DNA of 64,000 bases from Dehalococcoidia bacterium (lineage in GTDB: Bacteria > Chloroflexota > Dehalococcoidia > Lucifugimonadales > UBA3495). The position numbers were made by a program, and so were the translations under genes. Location: contig OY763929.1 of NCBI GenBank assembly GCA_963667675.1, positions 2,030,358-2,094,357 on the forward strand, read 5' to 3'. Shown here one piece after another: positions 19,270 to 28,304 of this stretch. Each line of letters starts with the position of its first letter. Position 1 is the first letter of the stretch. Under the pieces are notes generated by a model. It made no database searches and was not told the DNA's origin. It saw nothing but the letters and a program-made list of their open reading frames with translations.

Positions 19270-20250
19270 TTAGATTAGCTCAAGGCGAACGGAACGGTAA
19301 GGCGGCTCATACAGCGTGCGGCAGGGCAACCGGGGCACTAGAGCATCCGGTTGAGGATTCTTTCCGAGTCGGCTTGGCTGAGGCCCAGGGGGCCGCCGGG
19401 CCAGCGCTCCTCCGTCTTCCAGCACCGGCTCCCGGCGGCGGAGGATGGACACCTCGTGGGTTTCATAGAACACGCCGGTGTATATCACGTCGCCCCAGAC
19501 CATGGCCTTCTCGCAGGCGGCGTACCAGTCCGTGGGGTCGTGGCCCTCGTCCTCCAGCTTTGTGACCCGCTCCTTGAAGAAGGGGTGCCCGTTGTCGTGG
19601 TTGAAGGTAACGCAGGGGCTGAAGATGTCCACCAGCGAAAAGCCGCTGTGCTGGATGGCTTGCTTGATCAGCCCGGTAAGGTGCCTCACGTCGCCGCTGT
19701 AGCCCCGGGCGATGAAAGTGGCCCCGTTCATAATCGAGGTGGTGATGGGGTTGGCCGGCAGTTCGACGGTGCCAAATGGAGTGCTCTTGGTCTTCATACC
19801 AAGGCGGCTGGTGGGGGAAGCCTGGCCGGTGGTGAGGCCGTAAATCTGGTTGTTCATGACGATGTAGGTCAGGTCCACGTTGCGGCGGGCGGTGTGGCTC
19901 AGGTGGTTTCCGCCGATTCCGTAGCCGTCGCCGTCGCCTCCGGTGGCGATGACGGTCAACTCGTGGTTGGCCATCTTGGCGCCGGTGGCGATGGGAAGCG
20001 ACCGGCCATGCAGGGTGTGCATGCCGTAGGCGTTGAAGTAGCCAGGCAAGTTGGACGAGCAGCCGATGCCGCTGACCACCAGGATTTCGTGGGGCTTGAG
20101 CCCCAGTTCGGCACAGGCCCGCTGCAGGCTGTTCAGCACTCCAAAGTCGCCGCAGCCGGGGCACCAGTCGGGGTCCACCGGACCCTTGAAGTCCCTGGCG
20201 GTCAACTCTACAACGGGTCTGCCGTGGGCCGCATCGAGGGTTGTTGTCAT
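19270..20250 (-). CDS. korB: 2-oxoacid:ferredoxin oxidoreductase, beta (TPP-binding) subunit
   Basis: CPGCGDFG and TGGDGDGYGIGGNH motifs. Lies directly downstream of the alpha subunit. The last ~50 aa look low-complexity, so the exact C-terminal extent is uncertain. Confidence 0.8.
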   Translation of the reverse strand: MTTTLDAAHGRPVVELTARDFKGPVDPDWCPGCGDFGVLNSLQRACAELGLKPHEILVVSGIGCSSNLPGYFNAYGMHTLHGRSLPIATGAKMANHELTVIATGGDGDGYGIGGNHLSHTARRNVDLTYIVMNNQIYGLTTGQASPTSRLGMKTKSTPFGTVELPANPITTSIMNGATFIARGYSGDVRHLTGLIKQAIQHSGFSLVDIFSPCVTFNHDNGHPFFKERVTKLEDEGHDPTDWYAACEKAMVWGDVIYTGVFYETHEVSILRRREPVLEDGGALARRPPGPQPSRLGKNPQPDALVPRLPCRTLYEPPYRSVRLELI

Positions 20251-20263
20251 ATCAAGGCCCTCC

Positions 20264-22042
20264 TCAGGTAACGACTTCTTGATAGGGAACGTAAATGTTG
20301 GTGTCGCCGGCGAGGTGCTCCAGCACTCCCTCTACGATGTGGTGGGGAACGAAGGGCTCGCCGTCGTACTTGCGAATGTGCCCGTCCACGGTGAACCCGG
20401 TCTCGCTGCGCAGGTAGCGGTGGAACTGGCCGGAGTAGCTATTCTCCACGATGATGGTACGCTTGCACTTGGAAAGTGTCTCGGTCACTGCGTCGGCATG
20501 AAAGGGGACCATCCACTTGATGGGCAGATGGTTGACCTTGACGCCTTGCTCCGCCAACTGGGCTATGGCTTCGTTAATCACCCCGTAGGTGGAGCCCCAA
20601 CCAACCAAAGTCACCCGGGCGTCTTCGGGCCCCTCCAGGCGAGGCGGGGCTATGTCGTCGAGAGCGGCCTTGAACTTGCGGGCGCGCTTCTCCACCATCA
20701 TCCGGCGCTTGTGGGGGTTGGTGAACTCGTCGCTGAGCAGCGTTCCGTCCTCGTCGTGCTCGTCGGTAGCGACCACGTGGACGTGGCCCTCAACACCGGG
20801 GATGGCCCTGGGCGAGATGCCGCTCTCGGTGTCCTTGTACCTCAAGTAGTCGTCGGCACCCAATGAATCAAGTATCAGCTCTCCCCGGTCGATTTCCGGG
20901 TGCAGGTCGACGTCGTCGGCGTCGACGCTGAACCGGCCCTCGGAAATCAGCAGGTCGGAAATGATGATGCCGGGGCACTGGAACTTGTCCACCAGGTTGA
21001 ACAGCTCCGGGACGGTATTGAAGGCGTCCAGGGCGTTGAAGGGGCCGACGATGAAACGCTCGAAGTCTCCCTGGCTGGCGCCCAGGGCTTGCCACAGGTC
21101 TCCTTGCTCGGTCTTTGTGGGCACCCCGGTGGACGGCCCGGCGCGCTGCACGTTGACGAACACGGCGGGGATTTCCATGATGCCGGCGCTGCCGATGGCC
21201 TCGGTCATCAGGGCGAAGCCGCCCCCTGAGGTGGCGCACATGGCCCGGCAGCCAGCGTGGGCCGCGCCGATGACCATGTTGGCGACGCTGATTTCGTCCT
21301 CGGCCTGCCGCACCATGATGCCCAGGCTCCTGGCGTTGGCCGCCATCCAGTGAAGGACTCCAGTGGACGGGCTCATGGGATAGGCGGCGTAGAACTTCAC
21401 GCCGGCGGCCGCGCCGCCCATGGCGATGGCCTCGTTGCCAGCCCACACGGCCAGCGGCTTCTCCCCGGTGGGCACGGCGCCAGGGAAGGCCTGGAAGTTG
21501 TCCATGGCATAGTCATAGCCTGCCCGGGCCACTGAGACGTTCTCGTCCACCGCCGCCTGGCCCTGGCGCTGGAACCGGAGCCTCAAGCTATCTTCCAGCA
21601 CCTGGAAGTCCAGCCCCAGCAGGGCCATGACGGCCCCGACGCCGACGGTGTTCTGGATTAGCCTGTTGCGGCTGCGGGTCAACTGGGACACGGGTATTGG
21701 GCAATAGTCCGGCGCATCGTTGCCGTCCGCCGGTTTGACCGTGTCGCTGTTGAAGACCACCCGGCTGCCGGGGCCCATGAGTCGCTGGTGCCGGTCCATG
21801 GTGTCCTGGTTCAGGCAGAAGAGCAGGTCCAGCTTGTCGCCGTGGGTGTGGATGGGGGCGTCGCTGACCCGCATGGTCAGGAATATGTGCCCGCCGCGGA
21901 TGATGGACTGGTAGGAGTTGTAGGTGTTGAGGTGGAGGCCGCGCCTGACGAAAATCCGGGCCAGCACGTCGCCGGGGGTGGCTATTCCCTGGCCCGCCTC
22001 TCCCCCGATGGCCATGGCAAAATCGAAAGTCCCGGAAGCCAT
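20264..22042 (-). CDS. korA: 2-oxoacid:ferredoxin oxidoreductase, alpha subunit
   Basis: 592 aa with typical KorA organisation. 13-nt gap to korB. Confidence 0.8.
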   Translation of the reverse strand: MASGTFDFAMAIGGEAGQGIATPGDVLARIFVRRGLHLNTYNSYQSIIRGGHIFLTMRVSDAPIHTHGDKLDLLFCLNQDTMDRHQRLMGPGSRVVFNSDTVKPADGNDAPDYCPIPVSQLTRSRNRLIQNTVGVGAVMALLGLDFQVLEDSLRLRFQRQGQAAVDENVSVARAGYDYAMDNFQAFPGAVPTGEKPLAVWAGNEAIAMGGAAAGVKFYAAYPMSPSTGVLHWMAANARSLGIMVRQAEDEISVANMVIGAAHAGCRAMCATSGGGFALMTEAIGSAGIMEIPAVFVNVQRAGPSTGVPTKTEQGDLWQALGASQGDFERFIVGPFNALDAFNTVPELFNLVDKFQCPGIIISDLLISEGRFSVDADDVDLHPEIDRGELILDSLGADDYLRYKDTESGISPRAIPGVEGHVHVVATDEHDEDGTLLSDEFTNPHKRRMMVEKRARKFKAALDDIAPPRLEGPEDARVTLVGWGSTYGVINEAIAQLAEQGVKVNHLPIKWMVPFHADAVTETLSKCKRTIIVENSYSGQFHRYLRSETGFTVDGHIRKYDGEPFVPHHIVEGVLEHLAGDTNIYVPYQEVVT

Positions 22043-22270
22043 AGAGTCCCTCCTTTGGTTCAGCGGGGAAACCGTTTGCGTTTGAAGATTCCGCCGCTGA
22101 GGAGCTCCCCGGCTTTACTTCAGGCGGAGCGCCGCCAGGCTGTGGGTGTGCCAACAACTTACCCTGCGGTCTAGCAACGCTCTCATTCCAGTTTACCACC
22201 CCGGACGCGGCGGGGATAGACGAGGACATTGTTGGATTGGCGGGTTTGGGGAGGGTGGGGGCGACGCACC

Positions 22271-23659
22271 CTACATGTGCAGGACGCGTCCCTGGGCGGA
22301 GAGGGCCGCCTCTTTTAGCATCTCGGACAGCGACGGGTGGGGGTGGACCGCCCAGCCCAACTCCAGCGTCGTGCCTTCCAGGAGCCTGGTCAGGGCCAGC
22401 TCGCCCAGCAGTTCGGTGACCTCCGGGCCGATCATGTGGCCGCCCAGCAGTTCCCCGGTGTGTTCGTCCGTTACCAGCTTGACGATGCCTTCAGATTCGC
22501 CCATGGCCAGGGCCTTGCCGTTGGCCTGGACGTTGAATGTCCCAACTTTGACCTCGTGTCCCTGCTCCCGGCCCTGGGCCTCGGTCAACCCGAAGCTGCC
22601 CACCTGGGGCTGGCAGTAGGTGGCCCTGGGCATCATGGCATAGTCCAGCGGCTGGGTCCCCAACCCGGCTATGCGCTCCGCCGCCAGGACGCCCTGGGCC
22701 GATGCCACGTGGGCCAGGGGCAACTTGCCCGTCACGTCGCCGATGGCGTAGACGCCCGGCGCCCCGGTCTGCATGTACTCGTCCACCGGGATGCTGTCGC
22801 CCTGGGTCGAGATTCCCACTGCTTCCAGGCCCAGATCTTCCACGTTGCCCCGGACGCCGCAGGCAACCAGGACCTTTTCGCATTCCAGGGCCGTTTCCTG
22901 CCCGTCCTTGTCCACCTTGACGGTCAAGCCGCCGGGCCCGCTGTCGACTCCGGTGACCCCGGCGCCGGTCACCACCTTGATGCCGCGGCGGGAGAAGCTG
23001 CGTTCCAGCAGCCGGCTGATGTCCTCGTCCTCGTTGGGGACCAACCGGGGCAGGAGTTCCACGACAGTGACGTACACGCCGTAGGTGTGGTAGAGATAGG
23101 CGAACTCTACGCCGATGGACCCGCCGCCCACGATCACTACCGACGACGGCAGCTGCTCCAGGGTGATGGCCTCCCTGCTGGTGATTATGTCAACCCCGTC
23201 CACGGGCAGGGCGGGCAGCGTCCGCGGCCGGGCGCCGGTGGCGATGATGATGTTGCGCGCCGATATCTCCGGTCCCTCCGGGGATACCTGGACTGCGCTA
23301 TTGCCCAGGAGCCTGCCCCGGCCTTGGATGTGCTCCACATTGTTCTTGCGGAGCAGGTAGCCAATGCCCCGGGTGTTGCGGCCGACCACCTTTCTGCTGC
23401 GCTGGACGGCCACCGAGTAATCGGCGACGAAGTTTTCGAAGCTAAACCCGAACTCGTCGGCCCGGTTCAGGTAGGAAAGGATTTCGGCGTTCTTCAGCAG
23501 CGCCTTGCTGGGGATGCACCCCCAGTTGAGGCACACCCCGCCCAGGGCCTCCTCCTCGATAACGGCCGCCTTCAGCCCCAGTTGCGCGGCCCGTATAGCA
23601 GCCACGTACCCGCCGGGGCCCGCGCCGATTACCGTTACGTCGTAGGTTGGTGTTGTCAT
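22271..23659 (-). CDS. lpdA: Dihydrolipoyl dehydrogenase
   Basis: GAGPGGY FAD motif, redox-active GGVCLNWGCIPSK and C-terminal HPHPSLSE interface motif. Confidence 0.9.
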   Translation of the reverse strand: MTTPTYDVTVIGAGPGGYVAAIRAAQLGLKAAVIEEEALGGVCLNWGCIPSKALLKNAEILSYLNRADEFGFSFENFVADYSVAVQRSRKVVGRNTRGIGYLLRKNNVEHIQGRGRLLGNSAVQVSPEGPEISARNIIIATGARPRTLPALPVDGVDIITSREAITLEQLPSSVVIVGGGSIGVEFAYLYHTYGVYVTVVELLPRLVPNEDEDISRLLERSFSRRGIKVVTGAGVTGVDSGPGGLTVKVDKDGQETALECEKVLVACGVRGNVEDLGLEAVGISTQGDSIPVDEYMQTGAPGVYAIGDVTGKLPLAHVASAQGVLAAERIAGLGTQPLDYAMMPRATYCQPQVGSFGLTEAQGREQGHEVKVGTFNVQANGKALAMGESEGIVKLVTDEHTGELLGGHMIGPEVTELLGELALTRLLEGTTLELGWAVHPHPSLSEMLKEAALSAQGRVLHM

Positions 23660-23720
23660 GGGTTGTTAGCCTGCGTTGTCCATGCCTGCCAGGGGGGGTT
23701 GTTTCCCCTGGGGGCGGGGG

Positions 23721-24383
23721 CTAGATTAGACCGTATTGGCGTAATTGTTCTACGACCATCCGCGTCGTTCCAGCGTAAGGAACTCTCCCAGTCATTAGTT
23801 CAATGAACGCCTGCCGCTCGGAAACCGAAAACTGCAATAGGTCGTGGCTGAATTTCCACGTCCATCGCTGCCGATAGTACATCACATCCAGCCGGTTTAG
23901 TCCCAAGTCACGGATGGTATCAGAGGCTCTGCGGCGAGCGGCCCCGGAAAGCCCATTTTTGGGCGCAATATACCCCGTATCAGCATCATAATCGAAATAC
24001 CGTTCAGGCCATTCCGCAACATCAGCAGCGCAAGGGTCAACATACCCACTATCCGGCCATTTGTCCTGCTTGTTTTCGTTATTGCAGCCGTAGCAACTGA
24101 AAACCCAGTTAGACCATTCGTAAGACAACCTAGGAAACCGGCTCAGGGGTCGGAAGTGGTCCACAGTGGGAGCGCGCCCTCCGTACTCTCCATCACACAA
24201 CCGCTCGCAGTACCAGCAGATGTTGTTGGTCCGGTCGCCCAGATCTACCCGGAACTCCCGCCAATAGAAATCATCAGGCCGCCCGCCAACCCCGTCTTCA
24301 AAGTAGTCCACCCAGCCCTGGGTGAACCGACGGGCGTATTCGGAAACGCCGCCGGGTTCCGGCCCCCGGTCAACCCAGCGCAA
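23721..24383 (-). CDS. HNH endonuclease, Septu PtuB-like
   Basis: CWYCE...TVDHFRP...N...CYGCNNENKQDKW (Cys4 HNH). Starts 5 nt after the ATPase gene. A/T-richer than the flanks. Confidence 0.7.
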   Translation of the reverse strand: MRWVDRGPEPGGVSEYARRFTQGWVDYFEDGVGGRPDDFYWREFRVDLGDRTNNICWYCERLCDGEYGGRAPTVDHFRPLSRFPRLSYEWSNWVFSCYGCNNENKQDKWPDSGYVDPCAADVAEWPERYFDYDADTGYIAPKNGLSGAARRRASDTIRDLGLNRLDVMYYRQRWTWKFSHDLLQFSVSERQAFIELMTGRVPYAGTTRMVVEQLRQYGLI

Positions 24384-24388
24384 TCCGG

Positions 24389-25729
24389 CTACTCTGTATC
24401 TTGGGTCAACTCGGATTGCCGGGTACGTAGAAATTCCTGCATCAAGTCCGCGTAGCGTTCCCGCTCTACTTCCAATGTGCCGCCCTTGGCCAGCAAATCC
24501 TTGTTTATCTGGCGGCGCAACTCGTTCAATTTCGACTCTTCATCGGGAGTCAACGTGTCCTTCTCGCGGAGCTGCCGCAACTGGTTGACACGGTCAACCG
24601 TAAGCTGGTCTGTCGGCTCGTCTACGCCCATCATTGTCCGTAGAATCTCGTCAGCGGTCCAGCCTATCACGTCCTCGGTGTTGGTACTCGCCGTGACTGC
24701 CCCATGTTCGTCCCGCTTCAGCAGATGCACCTGCCCGGCTTTCAGGCCGGCCACCACGAAGGGAGAATGGGTGGAGGCGAAAATCTGCAACTTTGGGAAA
24801 TGCTCCAGTAACGCCGGGATAACCCGTCTCTGCCACGTGGGATGCAGGTGGTTTTCTATTTCGTCTATTAGCAGAACCGCTGGCTTTTTCTCCCAGCCAA
24901 CAGCCCAATCGCAGTGGTGCGCCATCTTTAGCGCCAAAGCCCAGACCCATAATAGAGTGACTTGGGTCCCAGCACTCAGGGCGCCGGCATACAGCGGTTC
25001 GCTCAGATTATCGTCGGTCGTCCATATACCCATGTCATGATGGACAATCCTTCCCGTGTCACTAATCTCCCGTTCTTCATCCATCTCAACGTAGGGATGT
25101 GGACCGTCGTCATGGATTACCTCGGAGCAAATGCTCCTGGCACAAGAGTGGCCCACCTCCAAAGCCTTTCTGAATTGGCTTTGTTTGTTCCGATAACCGC
25201 CAAGTCTACGACGAATATAGTCTATGCCCTCTTCCAACAAAGCGCCATCGAAGCTGCCAATAGGATTTCTGAAATCAGTACGGAACACGTCTTCCAGGGA
25301 TTTCCAGTTAGGAGGATATGGTCGGTAATCCCCATCATCGTCCTTTTCATGCTCGTGGGATATTGTTTGATCAAAAATGTCCTGGGAAGGGAGGTTGACC
25401 CGAGTCGCAGGCACATAGAATAGTGACACCGTATCATCCGGGATCAATATTTCCGGTATTATTTCATCCAAGTCGTCGCGTGGCCAACCTTCGTTTAAGT
25501 CTATAGCGACAAACCCAACCGCGTTTTTGGAGTTGAAAACCAAGTCACCGTCACCAGCACCGAGTGCCCGCTCAAGTTTCCCAGACCACGCACTATTCAT
25601 TGCTCGTAGAATGGTGCTCTTGCCGGAGGCGTTGGGGCCGATGAACAGGTTCACATGTTCATCGCACTTGAAAGAAACGTATTTTGTTAAAGGCGGCAGT
25701 AGGTTGATTTCTAGCGACTTTATGTGCAC
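24389..25729 (-). CDS. ABC-like AAA_21-type ATPase, Septu PtuA-like
   Basis: Walker A GPNASGKST, signature-like LSAGTQ, Walker B LLIDEIENHLHP, H-loop ASTHSP and a C-terminal coiled-coil tail. Confidence 0.7.
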   Translation of the reverse strand: MHIKSLEINLLPPLTKYVSFKCDEHVNLFIGPNASGKSTILRAMNSAWSGKLERALGAGDGDLVFNSKNAVGFVAIDLNEGWPRDDLDEIIPEILIPDDTVSLFYVPATRVNLPSQDIFDQTISHEHEKDDDGDYRPYPPNWKSLEDVFRTDFRNPIGSFDGALLEEGIDYIRRRLGGYRNKQSQFRKALEVGHSCARSICSEVIHDDGPHPYVEMDEEREISDTGRIVHHDMGIWTTDDNLSEPLYAGALSAGTQVTLLWVWALALKMAHHCDWAVGWEKKPAVLLIDEIENHLHPTWQRRVIPALLEHFPKLQIFASTHSPFVVAGLKAGQVHLLKRDEHGAVTASTNTEDVIGWTADEILRTMMGVDEPTDQLTVDRVNQLRQLREKDTLTPDEESKLNELRRQINKDLLAKGGTLEVERERYADLMQEFLRTRQSELTQDTE

Positions 25730-25904
25730 TGCAATGACTCTTTAGTGGCCCGGTCTGTCGTCACGGCCAATACGCCCGACCTGTTAAGTATACCAACTCT
25801 GTTCCGGGCGGCTCAATGCCGTAACTACCTATCGCATCCCGATAGCGACAGCAACCGCAGTGTCCTTGGTTGACAATGGAGCGACACAATGTTATCGTTG
25901 TGTT

Positions 25905-26345
25905 GTGATACCACAGTCGGAGGTAAGCGGACTTCTCCCGCCGGGAATCCACTGGGCAACTTGGAGCGAATTTCTTGCCAGGTTCGGGACCAGTCCCTGG
26001 AGGCGACAGTTGGCCGCCGGCCTTAGAGCCGCAGCGGAGAACCTGAAGGAAGCCGGTTGCCATACGGTATACGTCAACGGGAGCTTTGTCACGAACAAAT
26101 ACGTTCCTAACGACTTCGACGCCTGCTGGGTTGAGGATGGAGTGGACCCACTTGTTCTTGACCCCGTTCTGCTGACGTTCGACCCTGGCAGAGTGACGCA
26201 GAAGGTCAAATATCTTGGGGAGTTGTTCCCGGCGTCGGCGATGGCAAGCGGAGACGGATTCTCGTTCCTGGAGTTCTTCCAAACCGATAAGGAAACTGGA
26301 AACCCGAAAGGAATAATCGCCATAAACTTGGGAGACTTGAGATGA
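25905..26345 (+). CDS. Minimal Pol-beta-fold nucleotidyltransferase-like protein (DUF6932-like), putative toxin
   Basis: LLPPGIHWATW..F N-terminus and NTase pattern GSFVTNKYVPNDFD (GS-x10-DxD). The ORF track starts at the GTG at 25860. I prefer the in-frame GTG at 25905, giving (M)IPQSEVSGLLPPGIH. The start is uncertain. Confidence 0.55.
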   Translation: MIPQSEVSGLLPPGIHWATWSEFLARFGTSPWRRQLAAGLRAAAENLKEAGCHTVYVNGSFVTNKYVPNDFDACWVEDGVDPLVLDPVLLTFDPGRVTQKVKYLGELFPASAMASGDGFSFLEFFQTDKETGNPKGIIAINLGDLR

Positions 26346-26776
26346 TAAAGAATGAAAGGCAATACAAGGTCACCAGGGCCCAGGCGGCGAAATTCTCGGA
26401 TGCCCTGAATAGTCTCAGGCAACGCACTGATGAGGAGGGCATACATCCGCTTATTGCCAAGGCCCAGGAGGATGCACTGAGCAGTCAACTGTCGGACTTG
26501 GAGAACGAGTTGCGCGAGTATGAGTCCCTGAAATCCGGGGATTTCCAGGTGGACTCGCTGGGGGTCGTCGCCGACCTGTCTTCAATCCTCATCAAAGCTC
26601 GGATCGCGCAGGGTTTGAGCCAGAGAGACTTGGCCGAAAGAATCGGAGTGAAGGAGCAGCAGATACAGCGTTACGAGGCGACGGACTACGCCTCGGCCAA
26701 TCTGGCCCGAATCAAGGAGGTGGCGGCCGTCTTCAGTGTGAAAACCGATAGTCCGGAGTCACCGCCAGAAGGCTGA
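26342..26776 (+). CDS. XRE-family HTH protein with N-terminal helical extension, putative antitoxin/regulator
   Basis: ATGA overlap with the preceding gene. C-terminal HTH (ARIAQGLSQRDLAERIGVKEQQIQRYE). Confidence 0.65.
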   Translation: MIKNERQYKVTRAQAAKFSDALNSLRQRTDEEGIHPLIAKAQEDALSSQLSDLENELREYESLKSGDFQVDSLGVVADLSSILIKARIAQGLSQRDLAERIGVKEQQIQRYEATDYASANLARIKEVAAVFSVKTDSPESPPEG

Positions 26777-26805
26777 TTGTAGCCGGGGCGCGCTTCTGCT
26801 ATGAT
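26777..26805 (+). promoter_or_regulatory. Sigma70-like promoter upstream of tatA
   Basis: TTGTAG (26777..26782), 17-nt spacer, TATGAT (26800..26805). Lies 42 nt before the tatA ATG. Confidence 0.4.
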
Positions 26806-26846
26806 GGCTCCGTTATCCACGCGGCGAATTCAACTAGAGGACCGAG

Positions 26847-27062
26847 ATGCCAAGAATAGGGCCTATTGGCCTACCAGAACTGCTGATAATCCTGGTCATA
26901 ATCCTGCTGATTTTCGGCGCCAGGAAGCTGCCGGAAATTGGCTCCTCATTGGGCAAGGGCATCAGGACCTTCAAGAGCGCCGTCACCGGCGAGGACGAAA
27001 AGGCCCGGGACGACCAGCAGCAGGCGGGCGGGAACCCCGGCGACGACGCCAAGCAGTCCTAG
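26847..27062 (+). CDS. tatA: Twin-arginine translocase TatA/E family protein
   Basis: 71 aa. [36 protein letters not shown] is the canonical TatA TM-plus-amphipathic-helix pattern. Confidence 0.9.
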   Translation: MPRIGPIGLPELLIILVIILLIFGARKLPEIGSSLGKGIRTFKSAVTGEDEKARDDQQQAGGNPGDDAKQS

Positions 27063-27092
27063 ACTGCCAGCCTCCGGCTGTCCAGGCACTAA

Positions 27093-27124
27093 AGACCGGC
27101 CTACGCATGGCCGGTCTTGTTATT
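27093..27124 (+). terminator. Rho-independent terminator after tatA
   Basis: agaccggcc-tacgcat-ggccggtct (9-bp stem) followed by tgttatt. Confidence 0.7.
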
Positions 27125-27283
27125 CCCGGGGTGTGTGCCATGCCTTAGATTCCCGCTCGGATGGAATGGCGGGCTGGGGCATAGGAGCGACCGCGGCGCA
27201 TGGCCTTGGCACGCGTTGATGCCTGAAACGGGCCTTTGACAAGCTCCGGCCGAACGTGGGAGGGGCAGGTACAGGGCCCTTGC

Positions 27284-28054
27284 TCAATCAGAGTGGGGGA
27301 CTGGGGTGATAGACTTGGTGGCGTCACTGTCTCGGCCCCGGCTCCCCACGCGCACCAGCAGGATGCCCAGTTCGTACAGGGCGATCAGGGGCGCGGCGAC
27401 CAGGGCCTGGTTTACCGGGTCGAAGGTCGGAGTGATGATGGCCGCCAGGATGAAGGCAATCACGAACCAGTAGCGGCGGAAGCGGCTGAGCTTGTGGACA
27501 TTGACTATTCCCAGCAGGGCCAGCAGGTACATGACCAGCGGCGTCTCGAAGGCCAGGCCCATCCAGAACAGCAGCCTGACCATCAGGTTGACGATATTGC
27601 TGATCTTGATAAGGGGTACGGCCACGTCGTCGCCGAAGGTTAACAGGAAGTGCAGCGCCGGCGGGGTCAACACGAAGTAGCCGAAGGCCAGGCCCGCGGC
27701 GAAGCACAGCAACGCCCCCGGCAGGAAGGCCAGCAGATAGCGCCTTTCCTTGGGAGTCAGGCCCGGCGCCACGAACATGACGACCTGGTACAGGATGATG
27801 GGAAAGGCGATGATGAAGCCGGCGACGAAGGATACTTTGATGCTGGTGGTCAGCAACTCGGTGACCTCGGTGAAGACAATCTGACCGCCAGCGCCGGTTT
27901 CCAAGTCACGGGCCGGGCGAACCAGCACGTCGATGATCTCCCGGAAGAAGGCCCAGGAGACAGCGCTGCCTGCTAGTAGGGCCAGCACTGAGATGACTAC
28001 CCGCCGCCGGAGTTCGGACAGGTGCTGGAGCAGGGTCAGCTCGCGCTCACTCAT
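27284..28054 (-). CDS. tatC: Twin-arginine translocase subunit TatC
   Basis: LTLLQHLSELRRR start region and 6-TM pattern. ATG at 28054 overlaps the tatB stop by 8 nt. Confidence 0.85.
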   Translation of the reverse strand: MSERELTLLQHLSELRRRVVISVLALLAGSAVSWAFFREIIDVLVRPARDLETGAGGQIVFTEVTELLTTSIKVSFVAGFIIAFPIILYQVVMFVAPGLTPKERRYLLAFLPGALLCFAAGLAFGYFVLTPPALHFLLTFGDDVAVPLIKISNIVNLMVRLLFWMGLAFETPLVMYLLALLGIVNVHKLSRFRRYWFVIAFILAAIITPTFDPVNQALVAAPLIALYELGILLVRVGSRGRDSDATKSITPVPHSD

Positions 28055-28304
28055 CTCCGGCCTTGGTGTCCGTTTTCGTGTCTTGGGAATGCGTTGGCTT
28101 GGAATCTGGAGGTTCCCGTCGCCGCTCGGACTCCTGCTGCTCCAGGCTGGCCGCCTCGGCAACCTCGTTGAAGGTACGGCGCAGGTTGCTCAAGAACTTG
28201 CCCGCCGACCGCGCCGTGGATATGGACCGGCCGGGCCCCAGCACCAGGAAGGCGACCAAGAAGATGACCAATATCTCCAGGAGGCCGACGCCCATGAAGT
28301 TCAC
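28047..28304 (-). CDS. tatB: TatA/TatB family protein
   Basis: GLLEILVIFLVAFLVLGPGR, an amphipathic helix, then an acidic tail. ATGA overlap with the upstream fusion ORF. Confidence 0.8.
   Translation of the reverse strand: MNFMGVGLLEILVIFLVAFLVLGPGRSISTARSAGKFLSNLRRTFNEVAEAASLEQQESERRREPPDSKPTHSQDTKTDTKAGDE

Noticed and set aside
19190-19420. The korB C-terminal ~50 aa look low-complexity. Its stop lies within REP-like sequence (…agctcaaggcgaacgg…), so this could be an ORF extension caused by a repeat insertion.
   Set aside because: KorB lengths vary widely between organisms, and without an alignment I cannot tell whether the tail is native. It is noted in the feature evidence only.
25761-26488. 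Minus-strand ORFs 25761..26282 (173 aa) and 25892..26488 (198 aa) in the islet.
   Set aside because: They are antisense to the NTase-like and HTH genes, which have recognisable motifs and an ATGA coupling. The antisense translations have no recognisable features.
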